A stretch of DNA of 54,484 bases, the filler included, from Bipalium vagum (Eukaryota): assembly GCA_037834085.1 (NCBI GenBank). It is 3 parts of 3 records of this genome, joined end to end, with 100 filler letters (N's around TTAATTAATTAA, not from the genome) between each part and the next. Parts side by side here need not be neighbours in the genome. Positions count along the whole stretch, not along the records: positions 34,679 to 54,484 come from JBBMKC010267354.1; 2 more parts are not named here. One strand, 5' to 3'. The notes below the pieces were generated by a model that was not told where the DNA came from, did no database searches, and was given only the letters and a program-made list of their open reading frames with translations. Shown here in pieces: positions 38,560-51,454 of this stretch. Each line of letters opens with the position of its first letter. Positions within the stretch are counted from its first letter, which is position 1. The translations under genes were made by a program, and so were the position numbers.

Positions 38560-39249
38560 CATGACAAAGACTGAGATCAATGATGATCAAACTTATAGAA
38601 CCCCCTGATTATGTTTCATTATAAAAATAATCATGACTATAAAAAAAATAAATAATAAAAAATAAATAATAAAATAATCATGATATTTTGGCTTAAGATT
38701 TTTTTCTCTGTCTTCAGTTTATTCTTAAATGTATTTTTAACATAGTTTTACTAAAGAGTGTCAAAGAAAATATTTAGAAGATAATCAGATAATCATAAGT
38801 TCAGTGATCTTAGAGAAATCTTTCAAAATTTTTTTTAAATTTCAGTCCTAATTTGCATTCAGTACAATTCCGTCGAATACAAGGGTTGTATTTTAAGAAA
38901 AAAAAGCAAAATTTATTTTAATAAATTCTTCTCTTTCCGTCTTGCAGTATAATTTCTAAGTTTTCGTCCTGTTTTACATTTTGCTTGTAGCTCGTCTTTC
39001 AGCGTTTGCCTGTCATCGGCTCGTCGTTTCATTATTATTCTTCTTCTCCATAGAGATGAGCTGTGGAAATTAATAACAGACAAAGGAATTATTTAATTCT
39101 GCCCTTTATCGGCTGCACAGGTTTTCTTTCCCTTAATAAGTACACAAAAGCAACAAACCAACTCCAACAAACATTTTTCTTATGTGAGTCTAGATTGCAT
39201 ATTGGTGCATAAAAGCCTACAATAATATTAGTCTTTTTACAGCGAATAT

Positions 39250-39600
39250 TTAACATACATAATCAAAGACAAATTTCAGTTCACGAGAAAAAATGTACGA
39301 GCAATAATCAAAGAAGATTATGTTAGTTATAATATTGATCCGAAATGATATCTGATCTTGCGGATAAAGCTCCACAACAGTCCACAAATTCCTGTTGATA
39401 CCGCGATTACCAATGTGGACGCTTTAGTCTGACTGATGAGTGGAAAATTGGTGCACCACGGACAACAATTACCTAGGAAAAGCGATGCTTTACATCTGCT
39501 CATCATGGAAAGTCAACATGCAAAATATTGCGAGATAGATTGTTCATTGGGCATTTCAAAGTCCTCGTTGCATAAATCCGTGAAGAATTATTATAAAATT
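39250..39600 (+). mobile_element. Mariner transposase 5' remnant
   Basis: FTRKNVRAII, GRFSLTDEWKIGAPRTTIT (cf. GRxSLxDExRxGRP) and LGISKSSLHK HTH. A possible TIR, tacaagggttg, lies at about 38878. Confidence 0.7.
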
Positions 39601-41875
39601 CAAAATTAAAATAGATTACAAAAGGTTTTTTTGTCTAAAATAATTTTAATTTTATGATCTTCATGTGAAAATACCCCTTTAGTGTTCTTTATTTCTTGGT
39701 ATAAAGTGATATGTTCTGTTTGTTTAGGTTCGACTCCTATCTTAGAAGCTTCTATAAATAAAATTTAAATAATACGCTGGCTAATTTAAAATTAAGTATT
39801 TTATTTATTACTTATTAATTTAAAATTAATTAAATAAATTTTAGAAAATAAATGTTAAATATTATCTTAGAAGCAACTGCTGATTTTTAGTCAGCATCGT
39901 GTATTTCTAAAGTTATTATTTTCAAAATATTTTAGAAATTTATTTTATTTTTAGCAATAATTAAATTTATAAAGTACGTCATGATTGATAGCTTAACTGG
40001 CCAATCAGAAACGCCAAACAAACAGTAAAATAGTATATAAGCCAATGAAAATTCATTATTTTTCGCCCAGAAAATTGCCAGATAAAAAATGTATGCTTTA
40101 TTTTGGTAATTTTATTTTGCTGGACAAGGTTTACCCTGACACAGCTTTTTTAATTAAGCATTGTTATTTGTAGACTGCCTCAGCAGTTTGATGACATCGT
40201 GACTGCTTGTTGCAGTTTGTCTGCTGTAGTTAAAAGGGTCTTATCCTCATTTAATTTAATAAAGCTTTATATTGTTTTTGTCAGAGTGAGTTACGAGCTC
40301 TTTAGATAGGACCACAGCAACCTCAACGTACGTTATTTGAGCTAGATAAGAGTTACGCCATCATGCTATATAATTCGATTAATTAATTTTTAACGTCCAC
40401 ATCCCTAAATATTTGATTGATTCTGAGATCTCAAAGATTCATAATTTATTTCATGTATCAATTTCTAACTTTGTTTAAAATAAAAGATATTGACCAAGAA
40501 TTTTTTTATTTTACCATGTCAAAATCGTTTTTCATTAAATGGTTCGAGATCTTTAATTAAAAAGAAAAAAATCTACATTTATTTTATACCACACTTAGGT
40601 CCGCTCTAAATTTATCTTTTTAATGCTTCACTTATTTTATATTTTCAATGTTCATCATCTTCAGACAAACATTCATCAGAATTCATTCTTCATCATCCAC
40701 AGGCAGTTATGAGCATTCTTCTTCATTGTTCATAACAGACATTCATTTATCCAGTTTATGGCTCAGTGCGATTCCTTAAAAGCTGATTTCTCGGTTCCAG
40801 ATCGCCAATCCGTATGGGTGTGGTATAGTAATTCTGGTATGATGGCTCTTATCACTCATTTTGAATATTTTTCATTCAGTGTTTGTATGTCGTTTATTAT
40901 CGGGGAATCTGAATAGATTATCACAAGGAACCACTACTGTGCCACTGGAAAGGAATGTCTATCCCATACTGATTGCAAGCCAGTAAAATAGGACCAGTCT
41001 GAGGTTGCTCGAGGCATTGATAATAGGCCGTCTTTCATAGTATAGCTCCAATAGCATGTAAAAGAATTCATAAAACATTCTTCTTTGGTGATCGAGAAAG
41101 GTGTTCTTTTTGTTGAGATTAGAACATAATTCACACTGATCACAAGAAAAAACAAAAAACAATAGTACTCAAAGGCATTTATCAACATGGTATACTCAGA
41201 CACTCAAGTAGTCCTAAGGAGAACAAATTAAACTTAATACTTTAAACTCACACCATACAAAAAGCAAAGAAAGTACTAAAATCTAATCAAAACACAAAAT
41301 CTCTAACCAGAGAACCAGAATGGAACAGTCCAACCTTCAAAAATGAAAGATCAAAATAAAGATTTAAAATAGGATAAATTTACACGAATAAAAATTACAC
41401 GAATTTGAAAATAATGAGCCAATACGGGTTGAAAATGATTTTCTCGGGTCGTGGATCTATATAAAATGTAAAATATCGGTCGGGTCAGTCGGTTGGGATC
41501 ACGAGTTTGGCACACTCCAGGAGACAATAAAGGTTAACGAAAAAAACTGTTAAGTAAAAAATTAAATTAAATCTTCAGTGTTTTGTAAATTCTTTTTTTA
41601 AATAATATTTTGATTGAATAAAAATACAGGGCGAGAATCATTGTATCAAAATTACGAAAATATACTTCTTAGGTTGAGGGGGTTATTGATTTAGTTAGGA
41701 CATCATCAGACTATTGAAATGTTATCAGTAAGTATAAAATTACGAATGTCAAATGACATTGTAGACATGAAAACGATTTCCGCTGCTATTGGAATTTATA
41801 CTTTAAAATGAATAAGTGCCTCAAATGAAACGGAATTTCAAACGATGGCCATCTATCTAGCACATTTTTCATTGA

Positions 41876-41888
41876 AGGTTAAAGGTCA
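41876..41888 (+). promoter_or_regulatory. Putative DR1 element upstream of CYP pseudogene
   Basis: AGGTTA-A-AGGTCA, 162-174 nt before the ATG. Confidence 0.5.
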
Positions 41889-42049
41889 ATATCCTAGACA
41901 TTTTACAACTGACAGTTTATAATGTTATCCTGAAACTTAAATTAATTTTCGACTTCATAGCATAGGAGGTAGTACATCCAAATCAAACTCTTTTTTCCGG
42001 CGATATAAAAGTAAAGCAAAGCAATTCTCCAGAAAGCTTCCGGCTGCCA

Positions 42050-43540
42050 ATGAGTTTGATTATACTTTGCTTAGCTATTATTGTTGTTTATGTATGTAAG
42101 ACACGTTGCAACTCGTTCTTCCATTCCAAGGGGTTACAAAAAGCTCCCATTGGAAAAAGGTGTTCCAATTTTTGGTATCATCTTTCAGATAAAAAGATCA
42201 CTGATTTTCTATTTAAAAGAGCTTGGAAAAAAGCACGGGCCTCTTTTTGTTATCAGGCCTGCAATGAGGGATATCGCAATATTGAATAATTACGATGTCA
42301 TAAAAAATATATATATAGGACAAGTCAAACATTTTTTCAGGTAGATTTCAGCCCGAGTATAGAAAGCAGGAAACAACGCATTCTGGGTTTATTTTCCATG
42401 AGCTAGAGATGTGGACTAGGCACAAAGCTTTAGTGAAGTCTCTTTTGAGATTTGGGACTTGATAAATCAAAATCAGAAGAGTTTGTCCAAAATGAATATA
42501 TTCATATAATACAAGATCTTACAAAACTAGAAGGACAGATTGTCCTCTGTTTGCTATTTCTTTTCCATTTACATTGCAAATGTCATTTCATATTTTTTAA
42601 TGGACAAAAGAATGAAAAAAGATGGAAAGAAACTGAACTGTATGCGTGAAATCATGACAGGTAATGTCAAAACCCAATAATGATCGGATTATCTTAGCCT
42701 AATCTTTCCGTTTTTCAATACCAATTCTCTGTTCATCAAACCCTCTAACCGTCTCATTCTTTCAAGATATTTATTTGAAAAGATTTTCGAAATATTTCAT
42801 TTCGAGATTGATAGCATCAAAAATTACTAAGCCCAGATTCAGGTGGTGAAGACTTTATTGACAAGTATTTATTAAGAAGGAACGAAATGATCAGAGAAAA
42901 TGGAGATACAGATGCAAAAGGATTTACCGAAAATAATCTGAGTATTATGTTATATGAATTCAATACTGTAGAATTCGATACTTTAACTGCCTTTATGGAA
43001 TGGGCCTGCATATTCATGTCCATGCATAAAGATATTCAAAAGGAAGTCCACAGGGAGATACATAAATATATCGGATTTGAGAGAATGCTAAATTTCAATG
43101 ACAAAGCCAATCTAAAATATACTCAGTCCGTCATTGATGTAATATTAAGAATGAGCTCAATTTTGCCTTTTACCCTTCTCCATCGAACCTTAGGAGGAAA
43201 GATTCGATTGTCTATCAAATTTGTTAACTGTCATTACGACCCTGAGGTTGGAGATAATCCAATGCAATTCAATCCAAAAAGATTTTTAACAATGGATGCT
43301 AATATTGAGAGATAAATATACTTCTCGTACAGAGCTCATTCCCTTTGGGATTGGAAAAAGATAATGTCCTGAAATAAATTTAGGCCGAATGAAAAGTTTT
43401 AAATTCTTCGCCAACCTTTTGCATAAATTCTAAATAACGTCTTCTGAATAAATAAGTGAGAAGAAATATGAAGACGCTCTTTTTGAGGATGATTGCGTCA
43501 CTCGACCCTGCTCCATAGATAAGTTTTTTTCTCAAAATTC
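42050..43540 (+). pseudogene. Cytochrome P450 pseudogene; copy B
   Basis: Collinear with neighbouring CYPs but with several frameshifts, a deletion after HRTL, ExxR mutated (DVILR) and a stop inside the heme motif (PFGIGKR*CP). Confidence 0.93.
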
Positions 43541-43689
43541 GGTTTTATTAAACGGGCACAGAAATACGTGATAATATTTTTAATTACCTTTTTAAGTATA
43601 ATGATAATTTATTCTACTTCACTTATTAATTTTTATAAACAGATTTTAATTATTAATTAAAAAAGAAATTAGATTCGTAATCTCTCATG

Positions 43690-46005
43690 TGCATGGCAAT
43701 AGATATATTAAATTAAACAATAAATAACAAATGAATATTTTGATAAATTCTTATGAACCGTCTTAATATGAATTTGAAGAAAATATTAAGATTTTTAACA
43801 ACTCTTTTTTTCTAATTATTTAGGCTTTTATTTTAAAGAAGGATATTTAAAATATTATGATTCTAATAATTTATATTCTAGTTGTATGACAAAAGGTTTA
43901 CAAAAATGTTTAAAATATTATATAACAGCACTGCTTTTCCAGATCCAAAATGACCAATAATTAACATTCTAAAAATTTATGGAGAATTATAAAGATTTTT
44001 AAATATTACAGAATTATTATAAAGGAAATCACATTTTAAAAAATTTTTTTAGTATTTTAAATAAAATTTGTTTGATGTACTTGGTTATCAAGCCTTATTG
44101 AGAGCAGGTAACATCTGTTTCAAATGTTGAGTAGAATTTTATTCTTCTCAATTAAAATTTACTAATTCTTTGTTATTATCGGATATCTTAATTTTTTCTC
44201 AATAATATTTTTCGTTGTTAAAGAATAATAATTTGGGAATTTTAATTTTTAATGATTTTATATCCTCTTGTAACACTATTCGAAAGAAAGCCAAAAATAA
44301 TACTTCTTCATTTACTATCATAAAATCCTTCTTCAACAATATTGCAATCAATCATGATTTTACTTATCTTTGAAATTTTCAGTGGTGATGATTCATAATT
44401 TTCGTTTGTATAAGATTTTTTTTCTAATCCTAACATTTCATCAATTAAAATTTCTAGAAAGGAAATACAGCCTTTAGAAATTTTCATTACACAGTTTGTA
44501 GAAATTGCATTATTATTATTACTCTTCTGGGATTAATGATTCTTATGCTTTTATACTTTTTTTTATAATTTTATATTCTACAATAAGTTGAAAATTGTTG
44601 AAATAAAAAATTTAATATTTTTGTAGAGAAGCTTCCATTTTCAACATAATTTATCAGAATCTAATTTATATTTAACTTAGATTTTTTTAAAATAATCATC
44701 AGTGATACTTTTTAGCTTTTTCAATTTTTTAAAAATTAAATGATTAAGATTATCATGACCTGTTTTTTAGCACCTGTATATTTTCTTAAAGTTATAAATT
44801 TATCAAGTACATATTTCGGTTATTAAATTTTATATCTTTGTTCATCTCGTTTTATTTAATTATTTTTATTTAATTCGGTTTCTATACTTGTAATATATTT
44901 TCATTTTTGTGATCCTTTGGCAAGTTTTATTATTTGAAAATAATTACTCAAATCTTTTACTTTAAATGGTTTGTCTCTCTTTGAATTAAATTTTCCTTCT
45001 ATTAATAATTTAAAATCTTCAATTAATTCAAATAATCTTTCATCATCTGGTTTTGGATCATTTGGATTACTATATTTTAAAAATGCTTTTTTTTATTAAT
45101 GAAAAATGGGATTTTATTTATTATTAATGTGTTATCTATAATTGATGGACTAATGATTGATGTTAACTTAGAAGTATTTAAATCAAAAATTACGGATGGT
45201 GAAATAGGTTGTATAATTAAATCTATTGAAGATTTTTCATTTTTTAATATTTTCTTTATTAATTTTTATATCATGAGACTTTATTTTTATTAATTTTTTT
45301 TATATTAAAAATTATTAAATGATCACCAATATTATATTTTGGTTTAGAAGTTAAAGAATAATTTTGTTTATGATTTTTTTTCAATCTTTAAATTTTGAGG
45401 ATTGACTAAAAGCCTTGTAAATTTAATTGGATTAGCTTAAGACCTTGAAAGCTTTCCTGGATTCTCGGAAGGCTCTGTCAGCTTTTTTGGATCTTAGATG
45501 CTTTTTCAGGAATAATTTCAATTTTTTTATGAGTTTTATCAATCGAAGACTTAAGACCACGATGTGGTTGATTATGATAAATATTTATTAAATTTGGTAA
45601 TCCGTTTAACCATGTATCTTACCATCTTCTATAATTTTTTAAACATGATATTCTTCAAAGTTTGATTAAACCTTTCTAATACAACAGCTTTCTTTTATTC
45701 TCTGTTGACTAAGTTACTATTTCATTATTATCACCAAAATCTTCATATGTCCTATTATAAAATTACCTTTATCAACCAAATTCATTGGTTTTCTTTGATA
45801 GTCTTCAAATATTTCATCAAAAGCATTTGTTATAGATTTTTTTAAAGGAATAGCAAAAACATATCTTGTCTATAAATCAATAACTGCTAATATTATTTTA
45901 TAATCTCTTTCCACTCTGATAAATGTCAAATCTGCAATCGAAATATCATTTTTATTAAAAACCTTAACTTTAAGATATTGTTTAGGTTTTATAAAGTTCA
46001 TTTAA
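43690..46005. mobile_element. Decayed Polinton/adintovirus-like element, copy 3
   Basis: Plus strand: PolB motif YDSNNLYSSCM (about 43855-43890), homologous to 19690-19740. Minus strand: packaging-ATPase-like FRMLIIGHFGSGKAVLLY (Walker A 43935-43955); integrase KVKVFNKNDI..ADL...ILAVIDL*TRYVFAIPLK and ENKRKAVVLERFN (45550-46005). ggtcatgataatctt segment shared with about 19226. Confidence 0.8.
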
Positions 46006-46604
46006 TATTTTTTAACATTTTTCAGGATGAATTATATTTTTAATAATATTCTTATATTTTGAAACTATTTCTTTACAAAAAGAAATGAAATCATATCTAT
46101 ATCCTATATAAAAATGAAATAGAATGAGAAATATTTAACATGATTTATTATTTAAATTGCATTTATTGTGAGAAGCGCCTCCTTTATTTCCGTTTAAATG
46201 ATAATGACATCCAACGTTTTTCCGATATTTTTATTCAATTAATTTATGCAATAAATAAATTTATGTGAATTATTAAAATTGATTTTATCTTGTTTTGTCA
46301 TTATAGTTTCTTTATTTTTATAATTTATTATATTGGTTAATTTATTTTTCTAATTTAATTAAAAATTATTAGTTATATTAATTAAAAATAAAGGTAAAGA
46401 TAATATATCGCAGATATGTTTACAAAGAAAAGTAATAGGTTTTATAATAAATATACAATATAATATAATAATATAATATAATATAAATATAATAAATACA
46501 AATCGTACATAATTTAAATAAGAATGAAAAAAACTAAGATTTCTTTCTCTTAGAAATAAAATTGCTTTAAGACTATGTGAGAAGAAATAAATTAACCTAT
46601 CTTA

Positions 46605-48113
46605 TCAAGATCGTCTTTTAAAAAAGAACGTTTTCATTGGACAGGGTCGAATAATGTAACCATCCTCATAAAGTGCGTCTTCATATTCTTTCTCACTTAT
46701 TTCTTTGGGATACGTTATTGCGAATTTTTGGATAAGGTTTGCGAAGAATATAAAACTCTCAATTCGGGCCAAATTTCTTCCTGGACATTCTCTGTTCCCA
46801 ATAGCAAAGGGAATCAGTTCCTTTCGAGGAGTATATTTCATTTCACCATTCGGATCCATTGTTAAAAATCTCTTTGGATTGAACTGCATTGGATCGTTCC
46901 AAACTTCTGGGTCGTAATGACAATTAAATATGTTTGGTAAAACAACCGAGTCCTGTCTAATAAAATATCCATTTATACAAGTGTCAGCTAAAGTTCGACG
47001 AGAAAGACTTAGCGGGGTTATTGAGCTCATTCTTAACATTTCATCGATGACAGACTGAGTATAGTGAAGGTTGTCTTTGTCATTCATGACTATCATTCTG
47101 TTAGATCCCACATTTTCAACAATCTCTTTGAAGACTTTCAGTTGAATATCCTGATGCTTGGACATGAACATGCAAATCCATTCCATAAAAGTTGTGAAGG
47201 TATCAAATCCTGCTGCATTCAGTTCATAAATCATAATGAGTAAATTATTGTCTGTAAATACCCCAACCTCATCATATTCTCTCATCATTTCTTTCTGTTT
47301 TATTAAATACCTGTCAATGAAGTCTTCTCCTCCAGAACACTGGCTGAGTACCCTGTCATGCTCATCAACCTCGTGCTGAAATATTTCAAAAACCTTTGCA
47401 AAGAAATATCTTGAAAAAGCTACGCGATTGGAGAACCAGATGAACAGCGAATTGGTATTGAGAAACGGAAAGATTAGGCTAAGATAATCCGACCATTCTT
47501 GAGTTTTAATATTGCTTGTCATGAATTGTCGCAAAAAGTTCAGTTCCTTTCCATCTCTTTTCATTTGTTTGCCCATTACAAAATAGGCAATGTAGAGGGA
47601 AAAGAAATCGCAAACATTCACGACTTCTCCTTCTAATTTTGTAAGATTTTCGATCATATGAATACATTCATTTTGGACAACCTCCTCAGATTTAGATTTA
47701 CCAAGTCCCAAATCTCGAAAGACAATCTTTACCAAACCTCTGAGCATACTATGCGTCTCCCCATCATGAAAAACAAATCCAGAATTCCGTGTTGCTTCCT
47801 TCTTATATTCAGGTTCAAATCGTCCTGAAAAAATTTTTGACTTGTCCTGTAAAGCTTTTTTGATGACATCGTAATTATTCAATACCACAATATCCCTCAT
47901 TCCCAGCCTGATAGCAAACAGAGGCCCGTGCTTTTTTCCAAGCTCTTTTAAATAGAAAATCAGTGATCTTTTGATCTGAAAAATGATACCAAGAATTGGA
48001 ACACCTTTTTCCAATGGGAGCTTTTTGTAACCCTTTGGAAATGACGATCGACTTTTAATGAGGATCGTACATAGTACAACGGCAATAACCAAGAAAAATA
48101 TAATCAAAATCAT
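46605..48113 (-). CDS. Cytochrome P450 (CYP2-clan-like), intronless; copy C
   Basis: 502 aa with AGFDT, EMLR, FNPKRF and PFAIGNRECPG. Confidence 0.95.
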   Translation of the reverse strand: MILIIFFLVIAVVLCTILIKSRSSFPKGYKKLPLEKGVPILGIIFQIKRSLIFYLKELGKKHGPLFAIRLGMRDIVVLNNYDVIKKALQDKSKIFSGRFEPEYKKEATRNSGFVFHDGETHSMLRGLVKIVFRDLGLGKSKSEEVVQNECIHMIENLTKLEGEVVNVCDFFSLYIAYFVMGKQMKRDGKELNFLRQFMTSNIKTQEWSDYLSLIFPFLNTNSLFIWFSNRVAFSRYFFAKVFEIFQHEVDEHDRVLSQCSGGEDFIDRYLIKQKEMMREYDEVGVFTDNNLLIMIYELNAAGFDTFTTFMEWICMFMSKHQDIQLKVFKEIVENVGSNRMIVMNDKDNLHYTQSVIDEMLRMSSITPLSLSRRTLADTCINGYFIRQDSVVLPNIFNCHYDPEVWNDPMQFNPKRFLTMDPNGEMKYTPRKELIPFAIGNRECPGRNLARIESFIFFANLIQKFAITYPKEISEKEYEDALYEDGYIIRPCPMKTFFFKRRS

Positions 48114-48170
48114 GAATTATCCGAAGGTTTCTGGAGAATTGTTTTGCCTTACTCTTATATCGCTTGAAAA

Positions 48171-48286
48171 TGGACTTTGAAGGTGAAATGATGCATGGCA
48201 TCTGATGATGTATGTTCAGAGTTACGTCAACGAAACTTTTAAAAAATACATTATGAAAATGATATTATTATGGTGACCTTTATCCT
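48171..48286 (-). promoter_or_regulatory. Putative HNF4-type/DR1 elements upstream of CYP copy C
   Basis: CAAAGTCCA (48179-48171) and AGGATA-A-AGGTCA (48286-48274, 161-173 nt before the ATG). Confidence 0.5.
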
Positions 48287-51242
48287 TCGCCATACTTGTA
48301 ATCTCGAGAGATCCAAAACTTTGAACAGTTCTAAGTGACAATGCAATCGATTTGAAAAATGATTTTGCAAATCTTTAATATCACTTGACCTTCTTAAGCT
48401 TATACGAACTCATCATTCTATCTGGAGTCTCGACTGTTAGTAGGATGATAATATTGTTCACATTCTACTCTCCATAGATATCGAAATGGTTGATGTCACT
48501 TCAGAGATCTTGAAACATTTAATCAGAGCAAAGTGTAAGTTGACCATAGAAAAGAATGTTTTCTCTGATAATTAAAGTGTGAAAAGTTGGCTCCGTTCAG
48601 TGGTAGATAAAAGAATTTACAAAATCAATAAATACCTTAAGACTTAAGTGTGTCCAAGATATTGATCGGAGCTAAATTTTATCCATTCATTTATTCACTA
48701 CTAACATATTTAATGAATAAAAATAAAATAAGCTAAAATTGCAAACAGGTTAACTAAAACAGCACGGAAATTTTAATGAGCTTTGACTTTTTGAGGCTCT
48801 AGGGTGTATAGAGAAAATATCCATAAAGGTCGTTAAAGTTAAAAGCAAGAAACATAAAAAGAATAATTATATAAAATTGATCACGAAAACTGAGATAAAT
48901 TGAAAATTATTCAGGGGACGTTGCTCAGCAGTCAGGGCATTCCATGCGTACGTGAAAGGTCTTACTCAATCCAAATTAAGAATTGAGAAAAGGCTACCCT
49001 TGCCTGGAAATTCTGAATTTTGTAATCTTTATTCGTCAATGCATATGGAATTACTGGTTTTATTGATCTACACGAGATATATTTGATTCAGTCATTAGTT
49101 CATGGATATAGACTTCTGAATTCCTTCTGCAATTTAACAGATAGAATCATTCATGATTTAAAAATCTTATGTGAGTAGATCAAGACTGAGAATAGACAAT
49201 CGGACAACAGTTGATTGCTTAGAATACGTAAGTTGTAAAAAGATAAAAAAAACAACCATGAATCGAAAAAACCATGATGGGTCCGAATCAGAAAAGCTAT
49301 TAAATTTCTTTCCACATTTTATCAAATCACTTGTGGTTTTGAAGTTATAAAAGAAAAATTTGCCTGAGAGTACCTCACAACATTCGTGGCATTTACCTAA
49401 TCTCGCCTAATAATCGCAATGAAGTATCTCACATATTGCATCAATCCATTTATGATGCTTATTCAGTAAAGTGCAAAAACAGAGGATGGAGTAATTTCTT
49501 TGCAAGGAGCATTAATCTATGTCCATCAACAAACAGGAGCCCTTTTCGCAGGTGCTGATACGTTTTAGCTTCAAATTTATTCACAAAACCAACAGATTTT
49601 AATAAATGATCGCTTATTTAATAAGGAAGACTAGTCGTGTCTATGCAGATGTTGTCATTCTGATAATGAATCAATGATTCATATGCTGCAGGTTTGCAAG
49701 AGTCATCTTTTCTTTATTAAAAAAGATATGATATTTGTCAGGAAAAAATCTTTAATGAACTTCAAAGACTAGTACTCGTTTTACAGAAAAATATGCAATA
49801 TCAAGAGGTCGAAGACTCAAAAGAGAGTGTAGATTTGATAACTACAAATGTAGAGAAGAAGATTATTTACCCAATTTGTTTAAAATGTACAAAGTTTGAT
49901 ATACGTGATAATAAATATATCGTTAAGTATTCGGACTTGAAAAGAAAAATTAAACTGTCTTGGGATGAGACATCCGATTGCAATAGACATTATAATCAAT
50001 ATTGGAATCCAAAAAAAGAAATCACGTACAATCTTCAAGTCATGGGCAATATCAAATACTTGCAATTTGCGAAGATCTGAAACTTCCATGCTACTGGATA
50101 TTTGGTTAATTTTATGTGAACTGAAGAAAAAATCAATTTATCCGATGAATGAAATTTATTATAAACCCATGCTGGTTGATTATATCTATGACACTTGTGC
50201 TTGTTTATTTAATTAATGAGCCTTGTATACGACAAATGCGATTTATAAATAAAATGTTATTATATCATTTAAACAAATTTTTTTGTTTAAATTAAATAAA
50301 GGTATTTTAATTAACAAAATTAAAATTTTTAATAATAAAATTGTTTAAGTGTTTAATTTACAAATGTTGTTAGGTGTTCGAATAACACAGCTTATTTTAT
50401 ATTGAAAATCATTTGTACAGAAAAAACTGTTTGAATTTAAAACTTGTTCAAACATGTTACACTGTAAATATTTAGGAGAAATTTTATTATATGAAGGAAA
50501 TGAAGCAAAAAGTTCATAAACAAATAAGCGATTCCAATGAATGAAATTTTTCAATAAATAACAGTAAATGTAGAAATGTGTGTAAATATAGACAAAGAAT
50601 TGTGTTTGCATCAGAATCCATGGATCGGTATCGCAGAATTATTAAAAGAAAAAAACCTGGTTTTTAAATATTTTTAAGAATGAATAAAATGTTTTATTTT
50701 TCTAAGTATGATCTCTTTCAATCATTGCTATTATTAACCTCAATCATTAACTTGAGACAGGTTTCTAATATATATTTATCCACTTTAAACACGCGCCACG
50801 ATATACGGTTATTTAAACAAAAATTTTTATTCAATATATTAGAATGAGCTTTTCTATTTTCAAATATAAAGTTTAATGTAATAATATTCTTTTATAATCT
50901 TCAAAATATCATGAAATAATCTAAGTTTAGTTATTTTTAAATACTGGAGCACATTATTAAATTTAAAAATTCTAAATATTCCCGGTTATACCAAACTTTA
51001 TTAAAATAATCTTAAATAAAAACTAAATTTTAAATGTTTCTGAAGACCCCGTTTTAAATCTTGTATTAATTATATATATATTCCAGGTGTCACCACCATA
51101 ATTTTTTTAAAAATATTATCATGTGTCTGATCATACGAGACATAACAAAATGTAAGAACAAAGGTTATCACTTTTGCAAGATTTTCGGTGTCCATAAATA
51201 ATAAACTACAAAAGTTGGTCACACAACTCATATATTTGCCTT

Positions 51243-51259
51243 CAAAGGTCAGAGGTTCA
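51243..51259 (+). promoter_or_regulatory. Putative nuclear-receptor direct repeat upstream of CYP copy D
   Basis: caaAGGTCAgaGGTTCA, about 200 nt before the ATG. Confidence 0.5.
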
Positions 51260-51454
51260 TGAACTGGTGACATTTTGTGAACAGACAGAATTCAAGTTTA
51301 TAATATCATTCAGAAAAGTAATCAAACTGTTTTCATCATAAGAATAGACATACACAAATAGATTCCATACATCCTCTAAACTTCATAAACCAATCTTCAT
51401 TTATATTTGAAGCTGAGGCTACGGTAATTTTTCAAAGGTTAACAAATTTTACTC

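Noticed and set aside
39425-39475. Hammerhead-ribozyme-like ctgatga-gtgg...ccac
   Set aside because: It lacks GAAA and stem I/III pairing, and translates as the mariner motif SLTDE...GAPRT.
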